Shown: piece by piece, positions 39,056-51,594 of the stretch
Numbering within the stretch: the first letter of the stretch is position 1
How the letters are laid out: every line of letters begins with the position of its first letter
NCBI GenBank assembly: GCA_038496445.1
Contig: JALMLS010000061.1
Location: forward strand, 1 to 64,000
Reading direction: 5' to 3'
Length of the DNA: 64,000 nucleotides
DNA from: Trichosphaerium sp. ATCC 40318
Taxonomy: Eukaryota > Protista > Tubulinea
Made by a program: the position numbers and the translations under genes
Notes under the pieces: model-generated
The model's database searches: none
What the model was told of the DNA's origin: nothing
The model's input: the letters and a program-made list of their open reading frames with translations, nothing else

Positions 39056-39493
39056 TTACAACAAAGTACAAGTGTAATTGGTAGTACCCTTCCATTGTAC
39101 ATGCAAGCTCATATCAAGAATATCACCATCAGAAACACCTGAAGCACTCAAAGTGCTCTCAAATTCGACTGGACCTCCTTTAAACATAATTTGCGTAACA
39201 GTAGGCGTTGTCACAAAGTCTACTATTCCTCTTCGTGTTTGTATACCTGTAGTACTCAGCGTTGTACCGATAACTGTCTGTGTAGCTACAGCAGCATCTC
39301 TACACGTGTTTTGTTCAGAAACATACAGCTCTACTGCCTGAGCTGCAAACGTTTAGATAAACACAAAAACGGATAAGAATATTTAGTTTTTACCTTTGAC
39401 AGCGCCACCAGCGTCCATTGTTTGCGCTCCTACTCTCGCGTATGGTCCATTTGGTAAATCTGTAGTTATATGTACTGTAACGGCTGAAGTCAT
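39056..39493 (-). CDS. Small ubiquitin-fold-like protein ending in CaaX (CTLL)
   Basis: Two exons; IMFKGGPVEFESTLSASGVSDGDILDMSL resembles the ubiquitin C-terminal half; ends NYTCTLL*. Confidence 0.65.
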
Positions 39494-39930
39494 TTGAGTA
39501 TTATTAATAGTTGTTCGTGAGCACATAATGTAATTTTGAAAGCTCCTTTGAATTTTGAAAGTATTGTTAAGTGGTGATGGTTTTTCGCACATTCACTATT
39601 TGTCTTGACGTTCTCCCGTACCATTACAAACATCATGCTCTTTTTCATTGTGTTTGGAAGATAACTGCAAATCTAAACGGCAGTGGGGCATAAAAATAGC
39701 CAGACATAAACAGCTATTTCTGGAAGCGCTACCTAAACATTTATATCTTAATCCATATTTGTACTGAGGATCACAGTGATTCTACTGTTATGTGTTGATT
39801 TCATTGGTACTTTATAAGACCAAAATACATGCACTCGACAGACGACAGTCAGATCACTAGTCGCCGACGAGGATTGACCATGTGTGACTTTCCACTTTTT
39901 GTGGTTGCTCGAAATTTACACTTGGTAAAA

Positions 39931-41125
39931 ATGCGTGCTTACGGTATCATTTTTCTAGCGCTGGTTTCCTTTATTACATTGGCGGGTAAGAGCGACGTTA
40001 ATATTACCATCCGAAATTAGTCACGTGACCTAAAAATTTCAAAAAGGCGCAAGGGATGTAAATTACACCATACAAGCGACGAAGATTGCATACATCGATA
40101 CTAGACCAAGAGGCGTCGGTAAGAACGCAAAACTGCTCAAATTAAACAACTAGCGTTAGTTTCGCTTTCAAATACTTAATAATGCTTTATAGCAACTTGT
40201 GCTACGGTAGATCCACCTCCAGGATCCTCCCTATATATTGAATTTGCTAACGTGCGGGTTCCCCCATTCACAAAGGTACAGCAAAGGCGTTTTTTGCGTA
40301 AACATTTTATCAAATAAAAAAAATAGGATTTCCAAAATGACACTCTTTTTACCCTTTTGCTGTTACCATATTCAAAAATCTTCCGACTGTAGGTAGAACG
40401 TGGTTCTTTAGATTTAATAGTAAAATCGGGAGGAATGCCTGAAACAAATTTGGAAGTATTCTACCCGCTTCCAGGATCACCACTTCGTGTTTGTGACAAC
40501 GGAAGCGAATTTACGTTCACGTCTTGGGATTATGAACCTGCGCAAGTTCTAGGTACCTAGAACTTATACGCGCCTTTGTCAATTTCGTATGATTTCTCTT
40601 ACATCCGCAAGGTATTCCTGATCAGGCTATGGTTAATATTGCAGATGGCCAGATATTTTCGGTTGACAGCATGCTTGTACTTCATGAGCGATTTAATAAC
40701 TTTAGTACGTCACATCACGTGATTTTTTGGAAGAAAAAATATCTTTGCACACCCTTTCCTAATAAATTTAGTGTGGGATTATGGTGATACCTTGATTGCT
40801 CTTATAATACCTGAAGTTGATTCAATGATTCAGTGGGATATTGTACGGCAGCTCTAGTCTCTTTTTTTTTTTCCACATTCCAAATGACTTACCTTCCTGT
40901 TATAGAGTACTCTTCCAACTGTCAACCTCAATTATGTATCCTTTAATACACCTACTACTGCAGCACCTACACCTCCTCCTACACAACCCCCTACAATTAC
41001 CCCATCAGGCAGTGGAGTACGTCATTAGTATTTCCTATTTCAAGCGATTAATTGTTCTCGATTAGAACTCTTTGTCTGCTTTCCTCTTTGTCTCCATTAT
41101 CATTGCTGCGCTTTCTATTTTATAG
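39931..41125 (+). CDS. Secreted, probably GPI-anchored protein
   Basis: Signal peptide MRAYGIIFLALVSFITLA, multiple short exons, P/T stalk PTTAAPTPPPTQPPT and tail NSLSAFLFVSIIIAALSIL*. Confidence 0.72.
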
Positions 41126-41594
41126 AATACATGAATACATGAATTAAAGTGTACAGCACTGGCTTGTATTTATTGCATACTTTCACAAGACAACATAAAA
41201 AACGCCAAAAAAAATTAATAAAGTAATTAGACTTTGTGTTTTTCTGCTTGTTGAGCAGCTTCATAAATAATGCATAAATAAACAATCCAAAGTTTTACAC
41301 AATTTAAATAGTTTAAATGAATGAGGAAATATAGAGATGCCGTCAATTACTTGATTTCGATGTAGCTATTGCGAAGCCATCAACTTTGTTTTTTGACGAA
41401 ATTCTGATTTTCAGATTAGGAACTGTATGCTATGGAAGAAAACTACAACTTCACGTAACCCCAATTAAAGTTATTTGTATGCACGGAATGTATATCCCTT
41501 GGTATAGCTAAGATTATCAAAAGTGTAACGTGACGCAAGTCTACTCTAGTAAAACTACCAAAAAAGTCTTTTAAAAATAATTATAGCACACAGA

Positions 41595-42905
41595 ATGCAG
41601 TCGAAGCCGTCAAAGGACGCTATTTACCAAGGACCTGTTCTACGCAGACGTAGGGTTTCATTCGTAAGGCTTTTATTATTACTTTACATACAACACGTGA
41701 TCATAACGTGACTACTAGATGGCAGTGTGGCAAAGGGTTACTTTAATATTAATGAAATCTGATATTTCCCTTTATTCGGGGAGCACAGACGTAAGTAGCA
41801 AAATCAAAACACGTGATTACGGCTTAGATTTTACTATGATAAAAACAGTAAATAATGATGACGTAGATTACGCTCTGTCGTTATTTTTTGCCGGAAATAC
41901 AAAAAGCTTATTTAATCTCTTTAGAAACCAGCGAAATATAAAATACAGCTTAAAGATATCATGAATCTATCGTTATTAGGAAGAACCTCTTCAAAGATTT
42001 TAGAAATATCTACATCAAAGTCAAAGAAGTATCAAATTAAAGCAGGTAAAGAAAACAAACACAGATTGTTGAAAAACCGAAAAAACCCGAACGAGAATTT
42101 CGTGGTTTTTTTTTTTTCTTATTGCGCTTCTACTGTCACGTGTTTTTGCTCACAAAAAATAGCTGACGGGGAGGTCTCTCATATTATGAGTAAAATATTA
42201 CCGCTATGGAAGACAGCAACGCAATGCAAAATCTTGGAGCAGACAACGAAAAAACTTCCAACTGAAAAAATAATGAAAAAACAAAGAGACCCTCAACCTC
42301 CGCGAAGAGCAATGACTGTACCAGCAAGACCAAATGCAGATTGTGACTATGGATCGTTACCTAGAATACCACCCAAGCAAAAGGAGCCAGAAGACTACGG
42401 GTCATTACCTAGGTCACTTACTAACGACCCCAAAGCTTACGGTGTAATGCCTATATCACGTGTCGAAGAACCTGAAGATTACGATGTTCTTCCTTCTCCA
42501 AAAGAACTTAAAAAGAGACGTCCAAAAAAGACAAAGTCTCATCAAGGAAATGGTAGCTTACAACGCAAGAAAAAACAACAATATAATTACTCATCGAGCG
42601 ATGAAGATAATTATACAGAGATTCCTGATATGCTTAATAAGGACGATAATCAACCACCTTCGATAACTGTTTCAGGTGGGAAATCAAATTCAATGACAAT
42701 AGTAAGAAAAGCAGCAACAAAAGCTTTGAATCACAGAGCTCGATCTTATTCAAACTCAAGCGATGTCAGTGTTGATAGTGATAGTGAGAATGATTATGCA
42801 CAGCTACCTCCTTTAGGTGGTAGAATGAACCTAGAAAAATCATACTCTGTTGTACGTAGGGGCGGCAAGAGCGTAATGCAAGAGGAAATCTTCATTACAA
42901 GTTAA
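41595..42905 (+). CDS. PH-like domain adaptor with repeated YxxLP motifs
   Basis: IYQGPVLRRRRVSF|MAVWQRVTLILMKSDISLYS..IQLKDI..LEISTSKSKKYQIKA; the tail carries DYGSLP twice, AYGVMP, DYDVLP, NYTEIP and DYAQLP. Confidence 0.7.
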
Positions 42906-43299
42906 AAAAAAACGAGAAAAAAAAAATTGAAAAAACTTCTTCAACTTGTTGTTGTAGAATTGTAGAATAAAGAAATAGATCAATGTGTTATTTACTTGAA
43001 TACCTTGTGTTTGTCTAAGTAGATTCCAAAATCACGTGATATTTAGCTACCCTTGTAACATCAGAAAATTTAAAACAATTCGCGACTTTTCAGTTTCTAC
43101 AAAACTTGCCTTAAACAACTACAGCAAGTCTCATCAATAAAGAGGCGCCTGTGGAACCACACAATTATTTGTGGGTACTACACGTTGCGTTATGAGCTTC
43201 ATAGCAGTTTTGACAGTTTGAAATGTCGAAACTCAGTAAAGAACCTCATATCATTTAAATTTGGATCTATATAAGCGTCAACAACCACTATTACATTAA

Positions 43300-45553
43300 A
43301 TGCTCGCCAAATCAACGAAATGTGTTATTCGCCAACAATACCGCTTTATTTCTACACTAAAAGAACTCAAGAGTACGTAATCGGCATCAGAAACGCAAAT
43401 AACAAAAAAACAGGCACAACTAAACAAGACGGCCGTTTAACGCCTTCAACAAAAGGCTCATGGGAAGACATCTACAACCAACAATACTATTTTTCAGTTA
43501 AAGTAGCAGAATCTCTGCGCGTACTGTGCCTCGATGATTGGTACTCAGTAACATGGCAACACATTATATTAGTCCCAAGAGCCGGTACAATCGTCAACAG
43601 GTACTTACCAAACCCGTCACTTTACAATCTTTCCGAAAGTCAACAAAAACAAAGACGCAGTTGCCTTGAAGATAATATTCTGGGTTTCTTTTCTATCACG
43701 TGGCTAATTATGATGCAGATATAGTGGCTCGTTAAGCGATACTTTGAGAACATTGTATCCAATGAAACAATGGGATAACGCAAAGTTCAGGTAGCACCTT
43801 TTTTTGGATTTGTTTGAGATATTTTTTTTTACTTTTGAAATTTAAGGCACTTGCCAAGAGGACATTGGGATGAAGTTGAGAACCAAAGACATACCCTAGA
43901 AAATGTAGCATCGAAGATGAGAATAAAGACATTTGATGATTGGTACAACGTTACAAAAGCAGCTGTAGTATCAAAAGAAACAATAGGTATTCTCAACAAG
44001 TACGGTTTTTTTCAGCCAAAAAAAAACAAAACAAAAGCTTAGTCAATACCTGGCACTTAACGTTTTAAAATAGAAATAAGAGTTGTCTTTCTCATACCTT
44101 AAAGACTATATATCCATCATATGATTGGATTCCATGGAAGTTTAGGTACAAGGCGTAAATACTTCAGATACTGGTTTTTGTTCTGACTTGAGGATGTTTT
44201 TAAGTACGACAGCCAGAAAGAGTTGGGACGATGTTGAGAAACGAAGAGAATGGTTTGAGTGTAAAGCTTATGAAATGAATCTAAAGACACTTGATGATAT
44301 GTCAAACCAGTCTTGGGATTCTCTATCACATGCAGGAGGAGCCACAATACAAATTAGGTTAGCTGTAAAAAAAATACTGTTGAAAACAAAAATAATCGCT
44401 AACATATTGCTGTTTAGACAACAATCTTTCTCTGAAGTACTCACCCGTTTGTACCCTTATTTTGAATTCAAAAGACCACGTAATTTCTGGAATACCAAGA
44501 GTAACGTTATACAGTTTCTACAAAGAGCAAAAGGATTACTCAAAGTACATTTACCTCAGCATTGGTACGAAAAAAAAAAAAAAAGTTTCAGACTTTCTTA
44601 TTTTAATGTGCCCTTAGGTACCGAGTATCTACTTCCCAACTTGTTTCACTAGGTGGACAAGGTATACTTCGGCATTTTCCACAAGCACTGTCTGAAATTC
44701 ATCCGTTCTACAAGTGGGATTTATCAAAGTTTGCTCCGATTACAAAAAAAGCAAAACAAAGGTACTCTCTACCAAAACCAACTTTTATTTCTTCTCTTTG
44801 TCAACCTTTTAACAAATTTAGGCTTCTTATTCAGTGTATTAAAGACGTTGTACCTTATGATATAGCTGTTGAAGAAGAACAGTTCATTGGCGTACACAGG
44901 GAAACAGGATCATCTCTTACTGTTGATATTTTTATACCTCGGTATAACCTTGCTATTGAGTATCAAGGAGAGCATCATTATCACGATCACTTAAAATATG
45001 TTGTACCTACAACAGTAATAGAAGCAAGGGATAGTTTAAAACAAGATATTTGTCGTGATCTGGGTACATACAAAGACAAAAACAACTTTCTTTTTTATCA
45101 ACCCTTAAACTTTTTTTGTTGTGTAAAAAACCGTCTTTTGCGCTCTTACTTCGCCCTAAGTGTTCCTCAGCTTTTTGAAGTAATATAAAAACATACTCTT
45201 ATTTGTATTTATTTTAAATCACTATAATTAAGGCACAGCATTGTTGCTCAGAGCATAACAAACACAACTTTTTTTTGTTTCTTTTTTTTTTGTTAAATAC
45301 GTTTAGGTATTTCCCTTGTTTTGATTCCGTACTGGTGGTCAGGCGAACATAAAATACTCTCCAGAAAACTTAAACCATACTGTCCAGTTATTGAAAGTGA
45401 TGAAGCTAATTGTGATACAGTATTAGATGTTAGTGCTTTTATACCAGGTAATTGAAAACAAAGACTTGTCATTTTCTCATTTTCTCTTTAGATAATTTAA
45501 ACAGTGCTCTTATGTCTCCTGAAGCCAGTACACGTGCAGCATCACAGTCATAA
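43300..45553 (+). CDS. Helical-repeat protein with C-terminal PD-(D/E)XK (Vsr/DUF559/RAP-like) domain and putative mitochondrial presequence
   Basis: MLAKSTKCVIRQQYRFISTL; four repeats G.W...NQ....A..L....DDWY.V....L...YP...W...KF; C-terminal LTVDIFIPRYNLAIEYQGEHHY..RDSLKQDICRDLGISLVLIPYWW. Confidence 0.82.
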
Positions 45554-45852
45554 AAATAAATAATGTAAATAAAACAAAACGCACCAACGCATATCTCTCA
45601 AAACACTGTTTTCTTATGGCTCAAATAAAGCCATATTGTGTTGTTTCACCTCTGCCAAGCTATTTTCTTGTATGATTGTTTGAAGCACATTGTAAGTACT
45701 AGCTGCAGAAAAGCACAGCTGTAGTAAGCTTACAAGGTGCTTGTTATCTATTAAACAACAATAAAAATGGCGAAAAAAGGATGGCAGCAACAGAAAAACA
45801 ATAGCCGAAATAGAGACTTTGGAGTGAAACAATTTATTGGCTAATGGTTGTT

Positions 45853-47478
45853 TTAAGTTTTCCAAACAGTTACACCTCTTGATCTTAATGTATCACAGAA
45901 CTGATCAGTAATACCTGTTGAACTAACACTAGTAATAGACAGGTACTTTAAATCTCTAAGCCCATCGTCTGATACAAGAGGACAACCATCAACCCACAAC
46001 CTTGCTACTCTTTTAAGACACTTCACACCCTCATTTGACACCTTATAACAGCTCGAAACATAAACAGAAGTAGCATCACAGAGTGCTGTAAGCCCATCAT
46101 CTGTAATCTCATCACATTTTGAAAGATCAATTGTTTTGACTCCCTTGAGGCATTTAATACCTTCATCAGTAATAAGAGAGCATCCACCAAGATATATAGA
46201 ATTAACACCACTAAGACAAGATAGGGACACATCTGTTATATTCTTACAACCTAGTAACCTTATCGAGTAAACTCCTGATAAAGCAGAAACACCTTCATCA
46301 GTAATTTTATCACAGTTATCAAGATCAATTGTATGAACACCAGCAACAGCTTTAAGTACCTCATCATTAACTTGTTCACATTTAGCTAGATTAATTGTCC
46401 TTATTCCTTTCAACATTGATAGTATATCAATAGAGTAATGAGAGCAATGCTTGAGTGAAACTTCCTCTAACTTTCTTTTTTCTTGACTTTCTAAAACGAT
46501 TTGAAGACTTTCATCTGTGACTTTACTACAGTTAGATAGAACAAGCGTACTTGCTCCAGCAAGAGGAGATACATCAGTAATACCATCACAATACTTAATT
46601 TGAATATACCTAGCACCTGAAATGAAAGGTAAACCAACATCTGTAATGTTACCACAATCAGAAAGACAAATAACTTCAACGCCAGATAACGCCTTTAACC
46701 CAACATCTGTCAGTTTACAACCACTTAACACTATCTCCTTTATACCTGCTAACTCCTTAATACTATCATCAGTAATCATACTACAACCATTCGTAACATA
46801 AAGACCATCAACTCCAGCGTATGTCTTAACAATTTCATCTGTTAAGCGATGACCACTTAATCTTATCTTACTTAACCCTGCCATTGCCCGTAATCCCTTT
46901 TCTCTAACGCTGCCGCATCCTGTTATATTAAGGTCATCAGCTTGAGGTGCTAGGGCTATGATGACATCGTCTGTGACTTGATCGATGTAGCTGACGTCTA
47001 TTACTTTCGCTCCAGCGAGCTGCTTCAATCCTTCGGATGTTACTTTGTCGCACTTGTATAACTCGATTGAGTGAATGCCTTTAAGCGCTTTTAAGCAATC
47101 ATCTGTTACGTTACTACATCTCCAGATAACCGCGGTTCTAATACCCGCTAACGCCATAATATCTTCGTCGGTGGCTCCAGGAAAGTGTTTGATTTGAATT
47201 TCAGTGTTCTTTAGTAAGTTTTCACGTTTAAGCATCGCATCTATAGCATCTCGGTTGTCTAGCCTTATACAACCGTATCCTACATAACGATATATAACCG
47301 AAGCGAAGAAATGGCACGTTTGAGCGACAGAAAACCTTGATTCTTCTAGAAACTCAAATATGAGTATCAATACCTCAACGGGAAGGCTACCAAACGAACT
47401 AAAATAATATTATTAGAATACACAGCCCAAATACCTGTCAACAACTAACCTGTCATAGATATACGTATTCGCTTCCAT
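45853..47478 (-). CDS. F-box/LRR protein (LxGVxxIxLxxCxxITD repeats)
   Basis: Short exon MEANTYIYD, one intron, F-box-like SLPVEVLILIFEFL..VAQTCHFF, then about 19 LRRs in a single 1.5-kb exon. Confidence 0.9.
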
Positions 47479-47790
47479 AGGTGCGTTTCTCGTATTTTAA
47501 ACCGTGATTTGACGCCGTTGGACTTTCAAGGTAATAAAAAGCGTTAACCGACAAAACAGTATTTTTTTTTGGCACAGTACAACTCCATCAGCCGTCGCTT
47601 TCTAAACGCGTCATATAGATAAAAGCAAAACAAGAGCCAGTCACACAAGGTTACGGTCTAGGTAACAAGACTACATAAGGCGTAAACGCATGATTTTATT
47701 ATTTTTGTTTTTTATAATCCTACATCTATTTTATTTACAAGTTGTTAAAAAACACAAAAGCCTTCGTTCAAAAAAAGAAAATTTCAAACC

Positions 47791-48835
47791 CTACAATGAA
47801 TTCAAAGCCAACAAGTCCTCCAACGATAAATCACTCTCAAACGCACTAGTATCGCCAAGGGTAGAAAACGGCATGATAAGATCACCACACCCATCTGTAT
47901 CATCTAAGGGAATACTTGTATTCTGCTCCAATGAGAAGGAGTCGGAGATTTCACGCAAAAAGTGCATATCTCTAGACCTAGAGTTGACTAACTTGCGAAG
48001 TTTTTTTGGTCGCTCGTTCTCGTCAGTGTCAATATACGCATTTAGAAAGTTTGTAAACGCCTCCTCTAGAGTTGGTTTTTCCTTGTTAGTTGTATCTGAA
48101 TCACATATAGTTTGAAGTAGCCTCTGTTGGTTCTTTTGAGCAGTTTTGATCTCTTCTAGAGCTTCTAAGATTTCTACACCACTAGCACGCTTTCTCTTAG
48201 GTAGAGGTACGCCTGGGTGCTCCTGTTGAGCGCGTAGTCGTTTGATTTGATCTCTTTTTGCTACAGATTTAATCGATTCAGACTCTACAGAAATAACAGT
48301 AGGTGGTTCACAAGGAGCCAACCTTTGCGTCACAACAAATTTTAGTCGGAACTGAGCATTTTGTAGTTGCGAAGATAATACCTGAACAGTTCGTTAATAA
48401 AGAGAAACATAGTTGCTATGGAGACGTACCTTTACTCTAACTTGAACAACGGCTTCTGTCATGTTTCTTTTTGGTGACACCTTGTATTCTAGAGGTTTTG
48501 ATATAAAATCAACGACAGCGCCTGTGTGAGCAAGGGTAAGCGACACCGTGACGTTTGTGAGGTGAGAATAAAAGTTTGACTTTGGGCTCTGTAACGTTAC
48601 GGTAAAGGGCACATTCTTGACCTAGTAGTTTAATGGGGTTAACAAGGGGTAATAAAAACAAAAAGAGTCTGTCTCTTCGACCTAAAAAGTTAAATTAGTT
48701 TGTTTTGATCCCGTTTATGTTTGTAAGACGAGCAGGACACGAATTAGTTATGCTTACCACATAGTGCAGGTTATAAGTAGCACCGTTCTTACCAATCAAT
48801 GCGGAATAAGGGCTGGAGACGTTGGTTATCTTCAT
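47791..48835 (-). CDS. CudA-family transcription factor
   Basis: HYVVKNVPFTVTL..VDFISKPLEYKV..VQVRVKVLSSQLQNAQFRLKF..SESIKSVAK..KRKR..LEEAFTNFLNAY..ERPKKLRKLV matches the conserved blocks of Dictyostelium CudA/SpaA-like proteins. Confidence 0.85.
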
Positions 48836-48956
48836 TGTGTTGTGATTTTTTGCTTTTTCTGTGAGATAGACGAAGAAACGCCGCATAAAAAAATACGCAA
48901 AAAAAGAACTTAACATTTGTTGAGGAAAGTTGCAGTTGATCTTTTGTCTTCCTACA

Positions 48957-51331
48957 ATGGCCACCAAGATAGACTTGCTCATTAAAGCGCGCTGGGTTAT
49001 TCCTATTCGTCCTAAGAACACAGTGTTCGACAACTACAGTGTTGCCGTGTCAGGAGGTACGACATACCTTATTTAATTCGCTCACATAGCGTTAGGCAAG
49101 ATTGTAGATGTACTCGACACTAAACAGGTACAGTGGCGTATTTCGCTTACATACTTTGAATTAACGCTGTTTAGGCTACTAAAAAGTATGCTGCCGCTAC
49201 TGTAGTCGACAAAAGCAAACATCACGTTGTAATGCCTGGATTGATTAACAGTCATACCCATGCTGCTATGGTACGCCTTATAGCAATTATTTTACAGTGT
49301 ACTTTTCAAAAAAATTTCCTTATTTACGCACTGCCATATACGCCATTAACAGCATCATAGAACCTTCTAAAAGGATACGCTGATGATACAGCGCTTCATG
49401 AATGGCTTTTCCAGCACATCTTCCCTATTGAAGGACGTGTCATGAGCAAAGAGTTCGTAAGGTAAGCTAAAGACGGTTTGTTCATCAACCGGTGAAAGTT
49501 TTCGAAAACTCTACATTCAGAAAACCACGAGCCACGTCACGTTTCTTGCTTATATGTGTCATAGGGATGGTGTAGAATTAGCCTGCGCAGAGATGATCCG
49601 GTACGTCTAAGAATACGTCAAAACAAAGAAAACAAAGTTGTATTTTTCAATTTGAAGGATCAGTGAGCTTACTTATGTCTAGTTCTGGTACTACGTTGTT
49701 CAATGATATGTATTTCTTCCCAGAAGAAGCTTCAAAAGTTGTTAAAGCTGCTGGTATTCGCGCTGCATGCGGTGCTGTTGTATTGAAGTTCCCATCAGCT
49801 CAAGCAAGCAATCCTGCCGACTATTTCACTCAAGTACGCCTATTTAACAAGTGTAACTGCAATTCAGAAAGTAGTTCAAAACACGAACCAGGTTGCATTG
49901 CTGAAAAAGCTGAACTTTGTGTGAGAGTTATATTAGATGTCTTGTCAAATTTTTTTGAGTTTCGTTCGCTATTTACCTTTCTTGTAGGCCGAGTCTCTCA
50001 TGGAGCTATCAAAGAATGATCCAAACTTTGTTACATGTCCAATTGCCCCTCATGCTCCTTATACAGTAACTGATGAGCAACTCGAGAAAATACGTTCATT
50101 TTCAGAAAAGCATAACGCTGTTCTTCATATCCACTTGCATGAGACAAAACAAGAAGTCGATGATGCAATCAAAGAGAGCAAAGAGCGTCCAATTAACCGC
50201 TTACAGAGGCTAGGTAATATTTTTTGAAAAACACCAGTCTCGTGGGTTTTATCACGTGGCAAGACACGTGGACAAGGTTCTCAAAAATCAAAATTTAACA
50301 CGATTAATATAGGATGTATTACACCGCGATTACTCGCTGTGCACTGTACTCAGCTTGAGGATGCTGATGTAGATTTGTTGGCTGCAAATAGTACGTTTCG
50401 TCTTCTAAAAGTGAAAATAATAATGACTTAATTAGACTCAAGTGTTGCTCACTGTCCTGAATCTAACTGTAAATTGGCTTCTGGATATTGTCCAGTACCT
50501 CAACTTCTCGCTAAAGGTACTTTGGTGTTTAAGTACCGCAATTGACGCTTCATGACCTAGGTGTTAATGTGTGCCTTGGTACCGATGGAGCAGCATCAAA
50601 CAATGATTTGAGCATGTGGACTGAGATGCGTACTGCATCATTTTTGGGTAAAATACCATCACTTTGTTAAGTTGCTAACGAATTTTGACACAGCAAAACT
50701 ACACGCTAAAGACGCCACTGTGCTTGATGCTTTTACTGCATTGGAAATGGCAACTATCAATGGCGCTAAGGTACGTAGCTGTAGACAGTTTATTGGAAGA
50801 CTATTTTCTTGGGTCTTTCTTGCTTTTACTTACTATTATAAAAGGCGCTTGGTGTAGAGTCCTCCCTTGGATCTCTAGAAGCAAATAAACTTGCTGATAT
50901 GATCGCAATAAACTTGGATACTATAGAAACAGTTCCTGTGCATAACCCAATGTCTCATTTGGTTTACACTGCCGGACGCCAAAAGTACGTCTTTGCTTTG
51001 ACGCTTTTTTTATAGGTTAATTTCATATGTTTGTGCTTCTTGAAACATCATATTTTTTTGAAATTGGCGTTTGCTCTTATAAGAGCATAACTTGGTGTTG
51101 TGTTGGAACATGACAGCATCATCATAATCAACGTTTGACCTTGAAAAACTTTTGTTTTTTCGATTGTATTCTTACTTGCTTTCTAGCGTCACTGATGTTT
51201 GGGTTAACGGTCAGGCAGTTATGGAAAATAGAAATGTTAAGACAATTGATATTGATGAACTGAAAGCCAAGACATACGCTTGGTATGATAAAATAATCAA
51301 AATCAAAGAAGAATTGAAGTCCAAACAATAA
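48957..51331 (+). CDS. mtaD: 5'-methylthioadenosine/S-adenosylhomocysteine deaminase-like amidohydrolase
   Basis: MPGLINSHTHAAM, LHEWLFQHIFPIE, EMIRSGTTLFNDMYF, APHAPYTV, HIHLHET, AVHCT, HCPESNCKLASG, LGTDGAASNN and ALEMATINGAKALG, across about 12 canonical introns. Confidence 0.93.
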
Positions 51332-51594
51332 ATAAGCCTCCATTTGTCAAACTTACAATGTGTTCTTCTTCTTTAGTACTACTCATTGGTAGTATGCTTC
51401 CATCTTTTACACATTTAAACAAGTTAATTCACAATTGAGAAAAACAACATTAAGTCAACACGTGACACAAATACAAAGCTGCTGTTGTCAAATAAATATA
51501 CTGTCACTTATCCTAGAGAATAGCGACTGTACTTTTTCTTGGGTTACATTATTACTTACTAAGAACGATTCAGGGTCTGCAGTATTGGTTTAAA

